Origin: Halocafeteria seosinensis
Lineage: Eukaryota
Assembly: GCA_001687465.1 (NCBI GenBank)
Contig: LVLI01000696.1
Coordinates: 1 to 64,000, forward strand
Direction of reading: 5' to 3'
Length of the DNA stretch: 64,000 nucleotides
Part shown: positions 58,254 through 64,000 of the stretch, piece by piece
Position numbering within the stretch: position 1 is the stretch's first letter
How the letters are laid out: each line of letters starts with the position of its first letter
Made by a program: the position numbers and the translations under genes
Notes under the pieces: generated by a model
Database searches by the model: none
Told to the model about the DNA's origin: nothing
Seen by the model: the letters and a program-made list of their open reading frames with translations, nothing else

Positions 58254-61200
58254 TCAAATGAGACCGCCCAGTTCTTTACTGTCTAATTTCTCTAACTCAG
58301 CCTCTGCTTCTTCGCTACCCAATGCCGCTGCAAACGATAAGTCTCGAATGCCTTTCCTTACATCAACTTCTAAATTCAGCTGCCCGCACAGCAGAAAGCC
58401 ACCGAGATCGTTGGCTGCCGCAGCCTTCTCCGCATACTCTCTGATGACTGCGTTCACCCGTGACTCTTTCATATCAGACATATGGTTTACAGTCCGTGGA
58501 TACGCCGTTTCTGCCTGATCCAGGTACTCGCGAGGTGAAGCACTCTCGTCCACCACGCCTTCTCTAAGTAGCATTGCTACCTTATATTGGGCACGTGCAA
58601 GGCCAGTATCAGCTGCTTTCTTGTACCATTCATAAGCTTTGTTCATATCCTGACTGCAATCAGTTCCACTCTCGTACTTGGAACCCATTTCATACTGGGC
58701 ATGAGGATTGTCATGTTCTAGGGCGGTTTTAAACCAATAGCTGGCTTTTTCGTCATCTGGTTTGACCCCAAAATTGCTATTACCCTCGTATGCTTTCCAC
58801 AACCGGTACTCGGCTTCTGGGTCTTTTAGCTTCGCAGCTTCGAGTAAAAGATTCCAAGCTCGTTGGCACTCTTCAGGCCCTCCGATTTTTTGCAGCAGGG
58901 AAGACAAAGCAAGCATAGATGGAGTATGGTTCTTCCTGGCGGCTTCCTCGTAGTAGCTTTGAGCCTTCTTCCAATCAGAAGCCACGATAACAGTATCGCC
59001 GTCGTTGCAACAACGACCTTCCTCATAGATTTGACCAACGTGGCGGTAACAATCTAACGGGCAGTCGCTATCTCTCAGGGCCTCCCGGTATATCTTCAAT
59101 GCCCTTTCTGGATCGCGTTTTATACCTTCGCCGCCTGTGTCAAGAATTCCCGCTAGCCTACACTTTGCGTCAACGTGGCCACTCTTCGCTGCCCGCTCGT
59201 AGTATTCAGCTGCTAGCTTCTTGTTCTTTTTCCCGTTCGTAGCTTGCTCATGCGCCAAACCTTCCTCATACAGACTCTCTTTGATTTTTTCATCCGTCTT
59301 CTGGAACCTTCGTAAGTCATTCATAAGACTTACTACTTCAGGGCCCTGTCTCGCGGAAGCATTTTCCACCGTATCCATGGCATTCTCGGCCTTAAGATGC
59401 AGTAAGTGAGACTCAATTGTACGGTTGATAGTCTTCACCCAGTCATCCCTCTCATGCAAGCTCGAGGCACGCATGATGAAACTCCTACCGCCGTTAGTTA
59501 AGACCTCAAAACAAACGTCGTCGTCAAGCTTTTTAGCTTTCTTGATATACCTCAGGGGAATTTCTCGTTTTAGCTCGTATGAAACAGGATCGGAATACTT
59601 TAAGACCTGTCCGGTAAGCTCGAAGTACCTCTCTTTCCAGTCTCTATTAAACTTCCCCCGTTTTTCCAGATTCCCCGTAAAGCGAGGTCGCTTTTCTTCC
59701 TGCCTTAGCTCCTGCAATCGCTGTTTAGCGGTACTCAAATCATCATGGCCAAGGGTCTTCGTCACCCATTCATGTTGCAGCATTTCCGCAGCTGTCATAC
59801 GTCCCGCTGGGTCCACAACCAATAACTTGCTGATGAAATCTTTTGCAGCCTTACTTATTCTGTCCCAATAAGGAGAGTCAAAATAATAAATACCCTGCTG
59901 AATTTTCATATACTGGTTCTTCGGGTGCCGATCCTGAAACGGTCCATAGCCTGAAAGGAGAACGAATGTAACCACACCCAGGCTCCAACAGTCAACCTTC
60001 TCGTTGTACGCACGTCCCCGAAGCACTTCAGGTGCCACATACGAAGGAGATCCACAAGGAGTATCCAACATTTTTTTGGGAACAACGGTGGCGAACCCCA
60101 TGTCTGCAATTTTTATTGACTGAGACTTGGATATGTCATCTAGCAAGATGTTCTCCGGCTTTAGGTCCCGGTGAACAATGCCTCGTTCGTGCATGTAGCA
60201 AATCGCGTCGGCAACTGTCTTGACTACATCGCGCGCTTCAGATTCCTTGTATGTTCGCTTCTGTACTATTTGGTCGAAGAGCTCTCCGCCCTTAACCAAT
60301 TCTGTTACTAGGACGTAGAATTCGCTCTCGTCATAAAATGCCCGGAATCGAACAATATTCGGATGGTCTAACCGCTTCATCACTTTGACCTCTCGGAAAA
60401 AGCTGTACTTGACGGTTTCTTCAAGATCTGCCTTTTTAACAAACTTAACAGCTACGTCCTCTTGAGACTCAATATCTAGTGCTTTATATACACTACTATA
60501 GCCACCCGTTCCCAAATGCTCTTTCGTACTGAATCTGTCGCTAAAACTTCCCGGTGTGATGATATCATCCAAACTCCGAGAGCTGATGGAGCGCAGGAGG
60601 TTTTCTCGAACAGCTTCCGAAGCTTGTTTGTCTTCAACGCTTTGTTCTTCTTCGATCACATCTTCACTCGATAGATGAGTGGCATTGATACTAATACTGT
60701 ATGAGTCTTTCCGAGTATCAGACGACATATCGGAGGATCCTGTTTCCTCCGGGCAATTTATGCTTTCAAAAAGGCGCTGATACGCAGTGGTAACTTCTTC
60801 CGGAATAGAAGATTGGAAACGTTTGTTATGGTCAAGAATTGCTTCTACAATCTCGCTTTTTGTATATCGAGTCAAAGGCTCTTCCTTGCAGCACTCCGTC
60901 AGGTCCTCGACCGCCTTGACAAGAGAGGTGGTGTCTCGTACGTCTTTGAGACGACGAATAGAGTCGTGTAACGCCTTGGAACCTGCGATTCAAAATGGTC
61001 TATAACTGTCCGTCTCTAAGAGGGGAGGATTGGATTTCTTACGTAAGCCAGGATCTTGTCGCAAGGTTGAAATTACTCGTAGCCTGACATCATTCATCGC
61101 AAGTTCTTGATCTGTCTCCGCGAGAGCAATATCCTTGTTCAGAAGGTTGTATGACTGTTGCCAGAAGATGAGGAAATTATGTAAAATGGAACTGAGCGAC

Positions 61201-62641
61201 TGCATGCACGCTTTAGTCGACATACCTCTTCCCCAATTATGCCTTGATGAAATAGTCGAGATACTTCCCTTGATAGCTGAGCAGAACGAGAGGGTCCCTT
61301 GTAGGCACTACGCAGCGCACTGACCCATCGATTCCTTGAGGCGTTACTTGGAGCGCATATCTTATACGTTCGATCTTTTTTTGTATGTATAAAAAACAAG
61401 CCCTGTTCTGACTTCGGCTCTACTTTGTAAATGTCGACAAGTTCTATTTCGCCGCGACACTTCGACCGGTCTTCATCGTCATAGTAGAGCAGTCTGGAAG
61501 GCTTCAAGACGAAAAGCCGTTTCTTCCAACTCTTGACGTAATAACCCTGTCGGTCAAACAAGAAGTAGCACGACGCATAATTTGGTAGGCCCAACAGCAA
61601 CAGTCTTTACTGCTACGCACTTCCTTCTGTAACACCTCTGTTAGCTGGGTAGGCTCCTCTTCGACCTGCACGTCTAAGAACTGTGGTTTATCATCCCCAC
61701 TGAGCGAGTCATCATTCTTTTCTGTCTTAGATTTGGCGCCACTGCTCGCATGTAAAGCATCAAAATTTGGGCGCTTAGCCGCGTTCGATTGCGCAGGTTC
61801 TTGCGGACTGGTGCGCTCTTTGAGAAAACGTGCTGTCTCAACATGGCTGTTCTTAGAGGCGTAGTTGAGAGGAGTAAAGTTTTTCTGAGCAAAAAAAATA
61901 AATTTCAAGGATTTGGAAGCCCCGGTAGAGGAAAATAACTAACCACGTTTACGTACCTCATCCAACGTATCAGCAGGAACACCACATTCATCAACCAGGT
62001 ACTTGACGATTTCCAAATAACCGCCTTCTGCAGCAACATGAATGGCTTCCATTCCGGATTCCTGTGCATTATTATACGTAAGCACAAGCGAAAACATATA
62101 CACCGATTCGTCCAATATGACGTAGGTCCGTAAAACGTACCGTCTTACGTTCGTCCGGTTTCATGCCATACGATTCCACAAGGTATCGAACAATATCCAG
62201 GTGTGCATTTCGGCACCCTTGATGCAGGGCCGTATTACCATCGTCATCAGGTACTGATGGATCCAATCCGTAGTTCTCTATCCCTTGCTTAAGCACTTCC
62301 AAATGGCCTTCTCGGGCGGCTATGTGGAGAAACACTGGGTTCTGAGAGCTCACGTTAAGTTCCTCCACGAGATATTTGACGATATGGGAGAACCCTCCAG
62401 ACACTGCCGCTTCTAATGCTTCACTCTTCTTCTTGTCGTTGGCATCAGAAAGCAGTTGTTTAAGCTGTTCTAATGAAATATCCCCCTGTTCAATGGCCGC
62501 ATGGAGGTCCTCCGTGAGTCCCTCCTCCTTCTCTGTCGATTCCCCATCCCCTTTGTCAGCATGAGGACTCTCCTCGTGCTCCTCCTGCTGACTATGGCGG
62601 TGCTGATCAGCATCAGTCTCTGCTTCCTTCCCCTCTGACAT
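58254..62641 (-). CDS. Multidomain Ser/Thr kinase: ankyrin repeats - PH - CAMK-type kinase - PH - Sel1-like repeats (spliced)
   Basis: Ankyrin GNTALHQGC; PH KSWKKRLFVLK; kinase GTGGYSSV, VAVK, HRDLKPEN, DMG and APE; second PH GNLEKRGKFNRDWKERYF; Sel1 AQYEMGSKYESG. Confidence 0.8.
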
Positions 62642-62798
62642 TATGCAACAATGGCCCCCATCGAGTCACAACTTGAAGTTCCCGCAACAATCCATTCGCC
62701 ACGCTACACACTACACACGACCTCACCATAGATAGCCTAGTATACATGATTTATTAGGTTTGTTCTTGGTTTCAGCGTCATTGGAGAAGGGAAAGAGA

Positions 62799-63696
62799 AT
62801 GAATAACCTCAAAAAGAATTTGACATGGGCGGAAGCCCAACAGGACGATTCCATACAGACATTTGAACACCCTCTGACTGAGATGACAATGGAAAAGTCC
62901 CATTTCGCAGAGACATTCGGACCCGTGCTGGAGCAGCTCGATGGTACGGATATGGCCTCCTATGTGGACTTTTTCTTCGAGAGGAACCCCATGGACCCTT
63001 CGTACGTAGTGTATATGTAACTATGGAGCAAGAAGTTATGCATGGCGTGAATTGTCGTGTATATGCATGCATGATGAGGGGTGGGTGTGAACTTTTTCCT
63101 CACCTTTGTGCTTCACTGGCTGGCGCAGACACTTAAAGTATCGCGATGAAGATGCGAAACAAGATTTCATGGAATGGGCGATTGACGAAGAATGCATGCC
63201 GACAGTCAAGGAAGTGTCACAGGTATGCAGCTGTTCTTTTTGATTGGATCATGTCCATACTGGACAAACCTACTTTCTTCTGTTTTATTTTTCGTTTCAG
63301 GGAGAAGATGAAGATGCTCGCCAAGAACGGTTAGAGAAAGAAAAGAAGGATGCCGAGAAGCGGAAACGCGAAGAGGAAAGCCGGAAGAAGCAAGAAGAGA
63401 TTAATGCCCAAAAGCAAGCAGAGTTAAAGTCCTTCACGGATACAAATGAAGCAAAGAAACTGATGAAAATGTGGGATGGGCTAAAACAAACAAGACAAAA
63501 ACAAAATGCAAAACCAGATAAGATTGAACGAGCACAGCAGACACTATATGACTCATACGCCAAGTATAAGCAGAATTTCCCGGATATTTCTTCTTTGGCA
63601 TTGTTACCGACGGACTTATTGAAGGAAGTCGACCAAGATGTGGCCGCTGCCGTCGCAGAAACTACTACACACGATGAAGCTGGTGCCCCCGCTTGA
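62799..63696 (+). CDS. Hypothetical coiled-coil protein, spliced; 5' end uncertain
   Basis: ORFs 62760-63020 and 63244-63696 with splice-like boundaries; Glu/Lys-rich helix. Confidence 0.5.
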
Positions 63697-64000
63697 TAGC
63701 TATAGTCTTTCCTCGCAGTAGCGGCTCAGTGGCGACTCATTTAGACCGAGTCCTGCATCCGCTTCATAAATTCGGCGACGCGGGGATCGGAAAATATGAA
63801 ATGACACACAAAGTAACAATTAAACGAGTCGTTCATGGTAGGCACAAGCTTGTGTGCGGCGTTGTTGCTGAACAATGTCCTTCAGCAACTGGTTTGGCGC
63901 CAGCGCGAGTACGACTACATCAGTCTTTTCCGTATGAATACAAGGACTGACTCCCACTCTTGTTAGCTCTCATCCCCTGGTGCTTCCCAATGCAATTGCT

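Overview
Compact, intron-containing eukaryotic genome segment with short GT-AG introns of about 40-260 nt. It is most consistent with a flagellated stramenopile-like protist (bHLH-PAS factor, outer-arm dynein LC4, MORN5); this taxonomy is an inference. Conserved genes encode an hnRNP L/PTB-like RRM protein, UDP-glucose pyrophosphorylase, purple acid phosphatase, ITPK1-like kinase, rhomboid protease, GCP6, primase large subunit, Vps16, MORN5, a GNAT acetyltransferase, LRR and TPR proteins, LC4 and an ankyrin-PH-kinase-PH-Sel1 protein. The best-supported hidden feature, absent from the ORF track, is a three-exon Rdx/SelW-family selenoprotein gene at 12209-12643 with a CDPU motif and a type II SECIS at 12673-12733. 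Positions 23.4-32 kb form a rearranged accessory region. It holds a ~730-bp inverted duplication with a 37-bp direct repeat, a probable LRR pseudogene, a small retroposon with target-site duplication, an intronless gene built from four FGK[YH]xG modules, and a CRE-like non-LTR retrotransposon fragment. A palindromic mini-array and a mosaic repeat lie at 1.2-2.8 kb. Exon boundaries were called by eye and no database searches were run.
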